Shown piece after piece: positions 1 through 7,096 of a stretch of 15,746 nt of DNA (position 1 is the first letter of the stretch; the number at the start of each line of letters is the position of its first letter). Both the position numbers and the translations under genes were made by a program. The DNA comes from a bacterium (GTDB lineage: Bacteria; Patescibacteriota; Minisyncoccia; Phycocordibacterales; Phycocordibacteraceae), in NCBI GenBank assembly GCA_021813965.1, contig JAKAJB010000007.1:1-15746 (forward strand). Direction: 5' to 3'. A model generated the notes under the pieces. That model saw nothing but the letters and a program-made list of their open reading frames with translations, was not told where the DNA came from and did not search any database.

Positions 1-4
1 TATA

Positions 5-478
5 TCAGAATCCGAGCCACGCCGCCACTAGGTCGACGAAACTGTGGCGATGCTCTTCTTCCTCGACATGATGCAGGAATTGCGCGTACACGATGCTCTC
101 GTCGACTCCCTCAAGGGGGATGAGCAAGTGCGGCGCATGCCAGCTCTCTGTCTTGATGGAGAGCAGGGGAGGGTACTTCTCCTCGGTATCTTCAAGCACG
201 GAAAACGAAGTCATGCGTTCGAACGGGAACAAGTCGTCACCAATCATGAGGCCGGCATCGACGATGCGGAAGCGATGGAGAGGCGGTTGCCGCAGAGTGC
301 TGAGAGCGGTCGCCGATGCGGCAGTCACGATAAGGACGGCGAGAAGGATATTCCCGAAAAGCACTGCGGCGATGGTTCCTGCGACGGCTATGATGCCGAG
401 CGCCCAGTACCAATCCGCGCTTTTCGGCGCATGTTCATATTCGTATCCTTCCCACTCGGCGATAGCGTCTGCAGCCAT
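5..478 (-). CDS. hypothetical membrane protein, 157 aa, two predicted TM helices
   Basis: ATG 478-476, TGA stop 7-5. Hydrophobic block DWYWALGIIAVAGTIAAVLFGNILLAVLIVTAASATAL. GC3-rich codons. TATACT -10-like box (485-490, minus) lies 6 nt before the ATG with no SD. No family recognised. Confidence 0.6.
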   Translation of the reverse strand: MAADAIAEWEGYEYEHAPKSADWYWALGIIAVAGTIAAVLFGNILLAVLIVTAASATALSTLRQPPLHRFRIVDAGLMIGDDLFPFERMTSFSVLEDTEEKYPPLLSIKTESWHAPHLLIPLEGVDESIVYAQFLHHVEEEEHRHSFVDLVAAWLGF

Positions 479-628
479 GGGAAAAGTATACCATCGGAAC
501 TTCGGTATACGCCGTTCGCGCGGTGCGGATTATTCTCGGGAATCCTTTCCGAAAGAGTCCCATGGCAACGAAACCTCGAATCCAGGCGTCTTATCGAGGA
601 CTCATTGCGCTGGCGTCCGCCGCCGCCT

Positions 629-805
629 TCAATCGAACCGCGGCAGCACCACTTCTTTCTCGTCGCGAGGCCGCTCGTCGTAGATGCAAGGCGGCATGAG
701 GTGACGACACTCAAGAACGGCGCCCAGATCGTGATGCTCGGTGACGGTATCGATGGGTCTCTCACACCGACTCAGAAACTCGTGCACGAGCAACCCCGCT
801 CTCAC
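629..805 (-). CDS. candidate small Cys/His-containing protein, 58 aa (below ORF-track length cutoff)
   Basis: Hand translation: GTG(805)-RAGLLVHEFLSRCERPIDTVTEHHDLGAVLECRHLMPPCIYDERPRDEKEVVLPRFD-TGA(631-629). GGGGGA lies 6 nt upstream of the GTG. Same strand as both neighbours and GC3-rich. The antisense plus frame is equally GC3-rich, so coding status is unproven. Confidence 0.3.
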   Translation of the reverse strand: MRAGLLVHEFLSRCERPIDTVTEHHDLGAVLECRHLMPPCIYDERPRDEKEVVLPRFD

Positions 806-899
806 GGCTGGTCCCCCTGAAGAACAGGACGCTCTCGACTGTCGCCGACACCTACAAGTATAGAGGTCTCAGCATACTACCGATAAAAACTACTGTGGG

Positions 900-984
900 C
901 GGAGGGGGCGAGATTCGAACTCGCGGTACCTTGCGGTACGGTGGATTTCAAGTCCACTGGAATAAACCACTATCCGACCCCTCC
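900..984 (-). tRNA. tRNA-Ser(TGA), class II with long variable arm
   Basis: The reverse complement folds as a cloverleaf. Acceptor GGAGGGG/CCCCTCC; anticodon arm GTGGA-CTTGAAA-TCCAC (anticodon TGA); variable stem-loop GTACC-GCAA-GGTAC; T arm GCGAG-TTCGAAT-CTCGC. CCA not encoded. Confidence 0.9.
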
Positions 985-994
985 CGATTCTCTC

Positions 995-1261
995 TTACGC
1001 CTGCGCTGATGATCCAGTCGCGGGCGTCGAGGATGGACGGAACCACACGAGATAGATGATTTCCAGGAGACCGAGCGTGTTCACGATGAGGAGGGCGATG
1101 AACCACCACTTCTGATTGCTGCGTGCCGCATACCAGAGGGCGAATCCTTTGAGGATGATTGTCCAAATCATCGCGACGAGGAGGAAGGGGAGGAGAGCGC
1201 CCGCAAACCCGATGGCAAGCGGTGAAAATGCCGCGGGAGACAACAGTTGGAAGCCGTGCAT
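995..1261 (-). CDS. DUF5652-like small membrane protein, 88 aa
   Basis: Two TM segments and the motif KGFALWYAARSNQKWWFIALLIVNTLGLLEIIYLVWF, which I recognise as the DUF5652 pattern common in Parcubacteria. TGgTATAGT extended -10 (1270-1278, minus) lies 8 nt before the ATG. Confidence 0.75.
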   Translation of the reverse strand: MHGFQLLSPAAFSPLAIGFAGALLPFLLVAMIWTIILKGFALWYAARSNQKWWFIALLIVNTLGLLEIIYLVWFRPSSTPATGSSAQA

Positions 1262-1290
1262 ATATGCGTACTATACCATACACTTGAGGG

Positions 1291-1704
1291 ATGCGGTATC
1301 TCGGCGTGGATTATGGGAGCTCGAAAATAGGGCTTGCGCTCTCTGACGAAGCAGGGACGATGGGATTCCCGCACGCGGTCGTGTCGAACACGCCGCGGCT
1401 CGCGGACGAACTCGCCGCGCTTATCGCCCGAGAGAACGTCGGCGCTGTTGTCATCGGCGAATCGCGGGATCTCGCCGGAGGCGAGAATCCGATCGCGAAA
1501 GACGCCCGCGCGCTCGGCGCGCTCCTGACCGCGCGCGCGGGCGTTCCGGTGGTCTTCGAGTCGGAAGTGTTTACGAGCGCCGAGGCGCGACGCGCGCCCG
1601 AGAAGCAGATGAAATCGCGCGCGGCGAAGCCGCGCGCGAATGTCGACGCGTCCGCCGCCGCCCTCATCCTTACCAGTTATCTTTCCCGTACGGACCATGA
1701 GTAA
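1291..1704 (+). CDS. ruvX: Holliday junction resolvase-like protein RuvX/YqgF, 137 aa
   Basis: N-terminus MRYLGVDYGSSKIGLALSD (YqgF RNase H-like motif), central GESRDLAGGENP, size typical of YqgF. Confidence 0.9.
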   Translation: MRYLGVDYGSSKIGLALSDEAGTMGFPHAVVSNTPRLADELAALIARENVGAVVIGESRDLAGGENPIAKDARALGALLTARAGVPVVFESEVFTSAEARRAPEKQMKSRAAKPRANVDASAAALILTSYLSRTDHE

Positions 1705-2035
1705 GCCACGCATCACCATCGATGATTTCAGCAAGATAGAGGTGCAGATAGGCACCGTGCGCTCTGCGGAGCGCGTGCCGGAAACCGACAAGCTCCTGCG
1801 CCTCACGGTCGACTTCGGCGAAGCATCTCTGCGACAGATTGTCTCCGGTATCGCCGCGTATGTCGCCGAGCCTGAATCCCTGGTGAATCGCCAGCTCGCG
1901 TTCGTGACGAACCTCGAGCCGCGAACCATACGCGGTCTGGAGAGCGACGGCATGCTCTTCGCGGTCGGTTCGGACGAGACATTCGCCTTCGTAACGCCTG
2001 ATCGCCCGGTACCGCCGGGCACCAGTGCACATTGA
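1697..2035 (+). CDS. tRNA-binding domain protein (Trbp111/CsaA-like; MetRS C-terminal-domain type), 112 aa
   Basis: MSKPRITIDDFSKIEVQIGTVRSAERVPETDKLLRLTVDFGE...IVSGIA...NLEPRTIRGLESDGMLFA matches the OB-fold tRNA_bind pattern. Start ATG 1697 overlaps the ruvX end by 8 nt. The track ORF start at 1640 lies inside ruvX and was rejected. Confidence 0.85.
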   Translation: MSKPRITIDDFSKIEVQIGTVRSAERVPETDKLLRLTVDFGEASLRQIVSGIAAYVAEPESLVNRQLAFVTNLEPRTIRGLESDGMLFAVGSDETFAFVTPDRPVPPGTSAH

Positions 2036-2074
2036 AGACAGGATCGCGCGTCGCGCACACGGTATACTGAAGCC

Positions 2075-3172
2075 ATGTCACTCGTGTTCAGCGAACGTCT
2101 TCGCGCGCTTTTCGCGCCGCCGCACTATATCGCGCTCCCGCTCGCGGGCGTCGACCTGTCGACGAGCGGGGTGAAGGCAGTCCGTCTCTCCGAGGGTACG
2201 CACGGCCTCGTGCTCGCCGCATACACGGAAGCGCGATTGCCCGCGGGAGCGTTTACCGACGGAGAAATCATCGATCGCGCGGCGGTCATCGAATCGCTCA
2301 CAACGGCGGCGAAAGAGACCGGCATCACGTCCGCGAATGTATCGCTTCCGGAATCGAAATCATATCTATTCGAGACGACTGCAGTCGGAGCGGATAAGGA
2401 CGCGCAGCGTATCGCGCTCGAACAGCATCTCGATGAATTCATCCCGCTTCCGCCTGCGGAGACGGTGTTCGATTTCGTCGAGGTCGGGCGGGATCCCCAG
2501 GGCGAGGCGACGGTAGCAGGTATCGGCTTCGCGCACCGCATCGTCGAGGAGACGCTCACGACATTCGATGCGGCGGGCATAAGCGTCCGGGCTCTCGAAG
2601 GGGAGACATTCGCGTCGTCGCGCGCGCTGCTTCCTCACGGCGATGATTCTACCGTCCTTATCATCGATGTCGGCAAGACGACCACGAAAATATCAATCGC
2701 GACGCATCGCATACCGCGCTTCACGACGACAATCGACATCGGCGGGCATGCGCTTACGCTCGCGGTGCAGAAATATTTCGGCGTAACGGAAGCGGAAGCG
2801 CGGAAAGTGAAGGCTGAGCGCGGCATCGTGCCGACACCGGGGAACGAAGAATACCTTGCTGCCATGCTTTCGACGGTCTCCGCTATCCGCGACGAAATCT
2901 CTCGGCATCTCACGTATTGGCAGGAGCGCGCCGCGGTCGGCAGTGTTCGCGAACCGGTATCTCGTGCGCTCTTGGTCGGCGGGAACGCCTCGGTACGCGG
3001 GCTTCCGGAATACCTCGAAGGGACGCTGCGCATACCGGTTACGGCCGGTGATGTGTTCATCAACCTCGCGTCGCGCGATACCTGGGTCCCGTCGCTCGAT
3101 TACACCGAATCGCTCGCGTACGCGACGGCGATAGGTCTCGCGCTGCGCGATCATGCCACTTCGTATGCCTGA
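2075..3172 (+). CDS. pilM: type IV pilus assembly ATPase-fold protein PilM, 365 aa
   Basis: Actin/FtsA-like fold signatures (GVDLSTSGVKAV, LIIDVGKTTTKISI, LLVGGNASVRGLPEYL) and position ahead of PilN/PilO-like genes. TATACT (2063-2068) lies 6 nt before the ATG. Confidence 0.85.
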   Translation: MSLVFSERLRALFAPPHYIALPLAGVDLSTSGVKAVRLSEGTHGLVLAAYTEARLPAGAFTDGEIIDRAAVIESLTTAAKETGITSANVSLPESKSYLFETTAVGADKDAQRIALEQHLDEFIPLPPAETVFDFVEVGRDPQGEATVAGIGFAHRIVEETLTTFDAAGISVRALEGETFASSRALLPHGDDSTVLIIDVGKTTTKISIATHRIPRFTTTIDIGGHALTLAVQKYFGVTEAEARKVKAERGIVPTPGNEEYLAAMLSTVSAIRDEISRHLTYWQERAAVGSVREPVSRALLVGGNASVRGLPEYLEGTLRIPVTAGDVFINLASRDTWVPSLDYTESLAYATAIGLALRDHATSYA

Positions 3173-3719
3173 CGGACTCACTGACCTGCTTCCTCCTGAG
3201 CGCCGTGCTCGGCTTGCTCGCGAATACCGGTACCGCTTCGGTGTCGTGGCCGTGTCGCTCATCATACTGCTCCTGCTTGCTGCAGCGGCGCTCCTCTCGC
3301 CGACCTACCTATTCCTCATAGGGAGCGCTGCCGCCAAGGAGACGCGCCTCGCCGGCATACAAGCATCGCTTTCTTCGTCTGATCAGGTGGCGCTCTCGGT
3401 CCGTCTTGAGGCGCTTTCGAGCGATGCTGTGGCGCTCACCGAGCTCGCGAAAGCGCCGTCTGCGAGCGCTATCGTGCGCACGGTGCTCGCCGTTCCGCGC
3501 GCCGGCATAACGATATCGGGCTTCACGTATGCGCCGGTATCCGGGACGACCCCCGCGACGCTCGCTCTTTCCGGTACTGCCGCGACGCGTGACGCGCTCC
3601 GGAGCTATCAGCTCGCTCTGCAGAGCGCACCCTTCGCCCGCGCGGTAGACTTGCCGGTTTCCGCGTATGCGAAGGATGCGGATATCGGCTTCACCATCAC
3701 TATCCTTCTTGCGCCATGA
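3153..3719 (+). CDS. pilN: PilN-like pilus assembly protein, 188 aa (alternative start ATG 3165)
   Basis: N-terminal LTDLLPPERRARL resembles the PilN INLLP motif that binds PilM. It is followed by a single TM (FGVVAVSLIILLLLAAAALL) and an extracytoplasmic domain. Overlaps the pilM end. Confidence 0.65.
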   Translation: MPLRMPDGLTDLLPPERRARLAREYRYRFGVVAVSLIILLLLAAAALLSPTYLFLIGSAAAKETRLAGIQASLSSSDQVALSVRLEALSSDAVALTELAKAPSASAIVRTVLAVPRAGITISGFTYAPVSGTTPATLALSGTAATRDALRSYQLALQSAPFARAVDLPVSAYAKDADIGFTITILLAP

Positions 3720-4246
3720 GATCCCCCTTCACTCATTTCATAATCGCGCTTGCCGTCGGGGCCGCAGCGTTCATCGGCTATGGCGTCTGGTATGCGACTG
3801 TCTCCGCGAAAAGCACCGAGGTCGCACAGGCGCAAGCGCAGATTACGACCGCAACAGAGAGCGTGAGCCGCATCATGGCGGCGCGAGCGGCGCTCAGTGA
3901 AATTGCCGGCGACGAGGCGAAGATACGGGGATACTTCGTATCCGAAGCCGGCGTCGTCGCATTCATCAACTCCCTCGAATCGCTCGGTCTCTCTCAGAAA
4001 GCACCGGTTACGATCCTGTCAGTCTCCGCGGGGAGTTCCTACGCGCATCCGACGCTCCTCCTCTCCCTCTCGATCAAAGGAACCTTCGATGCTGTCATGC
4101 GCACAGTGGGTGCCATCGAGTATGCACCGTATGCCGTTTCCGTCTCGACGCTTTCAGTCGGGCAAGATGCGAAGAACAGTTGGCATGCCGATCTGGGCCT
4201 TATCGTCGGTTCGGTACCCCCCGCGGCCGCCACAAGCACGCCATGA
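3716..4246 (+). CDS. PilO-like pilus assembly protein (tentative), 176 aa
   Basis: N-terminal TM (FIIALAVGAAAFIGYGVWY), then a predicted coiled segment (AQAQAQITTATESVSRIMAARAAL), then a globular part. ATGA overlap with the upstream gene. Called from architecture and context, not from a strong motif. Confidence 0.5.
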   Translation: MRSPFTHFIIALAVGAAAFIGYGVWYATVSAKSTEVAQAQAQITTATESVSRIMAARAALSEIAGDEAKIRGYFVSEAGVVAFINSLESLGLSQKAPVTILSVSAGSSYAHPTLLLSLSIKGTFDAVMRTVGAIEYAPYAVSVSTLSVGQDAKNSWHADLGLIVGSVPPAAATSTP

Positions 4247-4551
4247 ATACTCTTTCCCCGATTAATTCTTTCTTGAAGCGCGCCCGCGTCCGTCCGCAGT
4301 TCGATCCGACGCGCGACTGGATCGCTGCGCTCATCATCGCGCTCATCGCTCTTGCCGGCATCACTGTATGGAATGCCTGGGCTTTCGACACGGTCGTCGG
4401 AGGCGGCGTCATCGGCGCTGCCGCGACGAGCACGCAGCCGTTCTTCAGTCAATCATCGCTGGACACCATTCATGCGGTGTTCGCGAATCGCGCGGCAGAA
4501 GAGGAGAAATACCTCTCGGGCGCCTATAGTTACGCCGACCCTTCGCAATAA
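4243..4551 (+). CDS. single-pass membrane protein, 102 aa, last gene of the pil block
   Basis: ATG 4243 forms an ATGA overlap with the PilO-like stop. TM WIAALIIALIALAGITVW. The track ORF start at 4180 lies inside the previous gene. Confidence 0.5.
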   Translation: MNTLSPINSFLKRARVRPQFDPTRDWIAALIIALIALAGITVWNAWAFDTVVGGGVIGAAATSTQPFFSQSSLDTIHAVFANRAAEEEKYLSGAYSYADPSQ

Positions 4552-4568
4552 TCTCAAGGGTTAGAATG

Positions 4569-4577
4569 TGCTAATAT
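4569..4577 (+). promoter_or_regulatory. extended -10 promoter TGcTAATAT, 7 nt upstream of the HNH ATG (leaderless layout)
   Basis: TGCTAATAT read directly. The 10-mer GTGCTAATAT (4568-4577) recurs at 7886-7895. Confidence 0.45.
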
Positions 4578-4584
4578 AACCTCT

Positions 4585-4896
4585 ATGCCTTATAAAAGCA
4601 GGGATGATTTATACGCTGCGCAGAAAAGACATAGAGTGAAAGTTCGACAAAAACTGCTAGAGTATCTCTCTGAGAGGGAGTGTGTCGATTGTGGGGAAAA
4701 AGATCCGATCGTTCTTGATTTTGATCACAAAGACCCAGAAGTTAAGTTCAAAGGGGTCCACCGTATGCTTTCCGGCCACTACTCTTGGGACTCTGTATTG
4801 AAAGAAATAGAAAAGTGTGAAATTAGGTGCGCAAATTGTCACAGACGCAAGTCATATGTACAGTTCAAGTATTGGGGAAAAACAAAGCCCTCGTAG
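4585..4896 (+). CDS. stand-alone HNH endonuclease, 103 aa
   Basis: CVDCG...DFDHKDP...N...CANCHRRKS is a CxxC / DH / N / CxxCH HNH zinc-finger nuclease motif. Markedly AT-rich codon usage relative to neighbours. The last 10 nt, including the TAG, overlap tRNA-Arg. Confidence 0.85.
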   Translation: MPYKSRDDLYAAQKRHRVKVRQKLLEYLSERECVDCGEKDPIVLDFDHKDPEVKFKGVHRMLSGHYSWDSVLKEIEKCEIRCANCHRRKSYVQFKYWGKTKPS

Positions 4897-4958
4897 TTAA
4901 ATGGATATAACTGCGGACTTCTAAGCCGCTATTCTTGGTTCGATTCCAAGCGAGGGCA
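4887..4958 (+). tRNA. tRNA-Arg(TCT)
   Basis: Acceptor GCCCTCG/CGAGGGC; D arm GTTA-AATGGATA-TAAC; anticodon loop CTTCTAA (TCT); T arm CTTGG-TTCGATT-CCAAG; discriminator A. One A-G mismatch at 31-39. Confidence 0.85.
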
Positions 4959-4990
4959 CAGCTGGCACAAGCGAGCAGAACGACTATATT

Positions 4991-5072
4991 GCCGTGGTGG
5001 CGGAATTGGTATACGCGCAGGACTCAGAATCCTGTCCCGCAAGGGTTGAGGGTTCGAGTCCCTCCCACGGCA
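4991..5072 (+). tRNA. tRNA-Leu(CAG)
   Basis: Acceptor GCCGTGG/CCACGGC; anticodon arm CAGGA-CTCAGAA-TCCTG; long variable arm; T arm GAGGG-TTCGAGT-CCCTC. Confidence 0.9.
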
Positions 5073-5161
5073 CTCGACATGGATAGGAAAGTGAGATATC
5101 GTCCCCCGTGGACAAGAGCAGAGAAAGGTTGTCAATGACCATACAATGAAGGGGGCTGGTG

Positions 5162-5284
5162 ATGAATATTGACGAAGTGTGTACGTTGCTCGATAAAGAA
5201 AATCCGTACCATGAATCACTTACCGCTGCGCTTGATACGCTGCGCATAGCGTCCGTTCTCTTTGAGAGAAAGGATATATGGTGA
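5162..5284 (+). CDS. candidate small protein, 40 aa (MNIDEVCTLLDKENPYHESLTAALDTLRIASVLFERKDIW)
   Basis: SD-like GAAGGGGG (5149-5155) lies 6 nt upstream of ATG 5162; TGA at 5282-5284. It sits in an AT-rich 226-bp spacer between two tRNAs. No homology can be asserted. Confidence 0.25.
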   Translation: MNIDEVCTLLDKENPYHESLTAALDTLRIASVLFERKDIW

Positions 5285-5298
5285 GATAATAGAGTGAC

Positions 5299-5371
5299 GC
5301 ACCCTTAGCTCAGTTGGTAGAGCAATTCATTTACACTGAAAAGGTCGGGGGTTCGAGTCCCTCAGGGTGCA
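5299..5371 (+). tRNA. tRNA-Val(TAC)
   Basis: Acceptor GCACCCT/AGGGTGC; D arm GCTC-AGTTGGTA-GAGC; anticodon loop TTTACAC (TAC); T arm GGGGG-TTCGAGT-CCCTC. Confidence 0.9.
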
Positions 5372-5514
5372 CCGCAAATGAGTACACCACAGAGAGCGCT
5401 TCAAATCTCCAATCGCTTCGCCGAAGAGATTTTGGGCCGCTTCAGGAAATACAGCCGCCTCTCTTTAGCCCCTCGGTCGTACTTGAAACTAAAGGCAAAG
5501 ACGTATAGGTTCAT

Positions 5515-6207
5515 ATGACTATGAACACCGCATCAGGCGTTTCGTGTATCGGCATCATCATGGACGGCAACCGCCGCTGGGCGCGCGCGCAGGGCAAGCA
5601 GGTCTTTGAAGGGCATGCGGAGGGGTACCAGAGGCTCCAAGACGTCCTGCGATGGACGCGCGAGGCGGGCATCCCGCATGTGGTCGCGTATGCATTCTCT
5701 GCGGAGAATTGGCAGCGCTCGGAAGAAGAGGTCGGGTATCTCATGAAGCTCTTCCGCTCGATTCTCGAGAAAGAAACGAAGCGTATGGTTGGAGAGCGGG
5801 TGCGGGTCCGTTTTGTCGGCGACCGCTCGCGCTTCAGCGCGGACCTGCAGACGATGATGGCCGACATGGAGGCGGCAACCGCCGAAGCGTATGAGGTAAC
5901 GCTCCACCTTCTCATGTCGTACGGCGGCCGCGCGGAGATCGTGGCTGCAGCGAACGTGCTCTTAGAGGAAGAGGCGACGATCGCGAGCGAGGAGGCATTC
6001 GCTCGGAATCTCTGGTCGTATCCGATGCCGGATCCTGATCTCATCATCCGCACCGGCGGCGAGAGGCGCCTCTCCGGATTCTTGCCGTGGCAGTCGGTCT
6101 ACAGCGAGCTGTTTTTCATCGACGCCTTCTGGCCGGATTTCTCTCGCGAAGCATTCGACGCCATCCTCGCTGAGTTCGCCGCACGGGAACGCCGCCACGG
6201 GAAGTAA
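5515..6207 (+). CDS. uppS: isoprenyl transferase / undecaprenyl diphosphate synthase, 230 aa
   Basis: IIMDGNRRWA, YAFSAENWQRSEEEV, IRTGGERRLSGFLPWQSVYSELFF and ERRHG are cis-prenyltransferase signature blocks, collinear with E. coli UppS. Confidence 0.9.
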   Translation: MTMNTASGVSCIGIIMDGNRRWARAQGKQVFEGHAEGYQRLQDVLRWTREAGIPHVVAYAFSAENWQRSEEEVGYLMKLFRSILEKETKRMVGERVRVRFVGDRSRFSADLQTMMADMEAATAEAYEVTLHLLMSYGGRAEIVAAANVLLEEEATIASEEAFARNLWSYPMPDPDLIIRTGGERRLSGFLPWQSVYSELFFIDAFWPDFSREAFDAILAEFAARERRHGK

Positions 6208-6311
6208 GCTCGCAGGGCCGAGCTTTCTTCCTGCACTCGCTCGCACAAATTCATGCAGACATGATTTGTGACTCACTTGTTTGGCAGTAGGGGTAGTGTA
6301 GGCTTGAAGTT

Positions 6312-7055
6312 ATGGAGCCGACCGTCCTTTACGAAGACGCCGATGTGCTCGTGATCGATAAGCCCGCCGGGCTCATCGTGCACAGCGACGGCCGCACCGA
6401 TGAGCCGTCGGTGGCGGAGTGGGTGCTTGATCGCTACCCGGCGCTCGCGAGCGTCGGCGAGCCCTGGGAGAGCCCGCAAGGGGAGCGCGTCCCGCGCCCT
6501 GGCATCGTGCACCGGCTCGATCGCGACACCTCCGGCGTGATGATCCTCGCGAAGACGCAGGAGACATACGTTTTCCTCAAGGAGCAATTCCAGAGCCGGA
6601 CGACGCAGAAGTCGTACCGCGCGTTCGTCTACGGCCATCCGCGCGCGGATCAGGGCACCATCGAGGCTGAGATCGTGCGCATCCGCGCGGTGCCGCCGCG
6701 CTGGGGCGTCGCACGCGCGGGGGAAGGGAAGAAGCACCGTGCGGCCGTGACCGACTGGCGGGTGCTCACGCGCGCTGTCGACCGGGAAACCGGCGAAAAA
6801 GTCGCCCTCATGGAGGCGCTTCCAAAGACCGGCCGCACGCACCAGATTCGCGTCCATTTCAAACACTTCGGACACCCGGTCGTCTGCGACAAGCTCTACG
6901 CGAAAGGGAAACCGTGCCTTCTCGGCTTCTCGCGCCAGGCGCTCCATGCTTTTTCGCTCGCGATCGATCTGCCTTCGGGTGAGCGGCGCACCTTCGAAGC
7001 GCCGCTTCCCGGGGATTTCGTCGCGGCACAGAGCCATTTTCTGGGGGAGGGGTGA
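6312..7055 (+). CDS. RluA-family pseudouridine synthase, 247 aa (no N-terminal S4 domain)
   Basis: VIDKPAGLIVH, the catalytic motif HRLDRDTSGVMILAKT, KSYRAFV and GRTHQIRVH. Confidence 0.9.
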   Translation: MEPTVLYEDADVLVIDKPAGLIVHSDGRTDEPSVAEWVLDRYPALASVGEPWESPQGERVPRPGIVHRLDRDTSGVMILAKTQETYVFLKEQFQSRTTQKSYRAFVYGHPRADQGTIEAEIVRIRAVPPRWGVARAGEGKKHRAAVTDWRVLTRAVDRETGEKVALMEALPKTGRTHQIRVHFKHFGHPVVCDKLYAKGKPCLLGFSRQALHAFSLAIDLPSGERRTFEAPLPGDFVAAQSHFLGEG

Positions 7056-7059
7056 GTAT

Positions 7060-7088
7060 TTGCTCTTAATCGCCCCACGTGATACAGT
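7060..7088 (+). promoter_or_regulatory. promoter TTGCTC-N17-TACAGT(GCG) for rplS; -10 ends 8 nt before the ATG
   Basis: Hexamers and 17-nt spacer counted directly. The same TACAGTGCG 9-mer with TTGC at -35 occurs upstream of thyA and dcd. Confidence 0.55.
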
Positions 7089-7096
7089 GCGCGAAT

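Noticed and set aside
479-897. Possible tmRNA, RNase P RNA or other large structured RNA in the ORF-poor gap
   Set aside because: I looked on both strands for RNase P (GAGGAAAGUCC, ACAGAAA core) and tmRNA hallmarks (GGGG... 5' end, T arm followed by CCACCA, an ...AA-stop tag ORF). Only weak resemblances turned up: GGTTCGATTGAA in a non-canonical 13-nt loop, and GGAAAGGATTCCC. This is not supportable without a covariance-model scan.
1168-2076. Long minus-strand ORF (302 aa), together with similar long ORFs at 44-820(+), 6273-7037(-), 6896-7489(-), 10419-11588(-) and 11762-12859(-)
   Set aside because: Each lies antisense to, or out of frame across, genes with clear family signatures (ruvX, RluA-family, rplS, SIMPL, nusG/rplK). 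Their translations are Arg/Ser/Ala/Pro-rich low-complexity strings, typical of shadow ORFs in GC-rich DNA. None has start-site signals.
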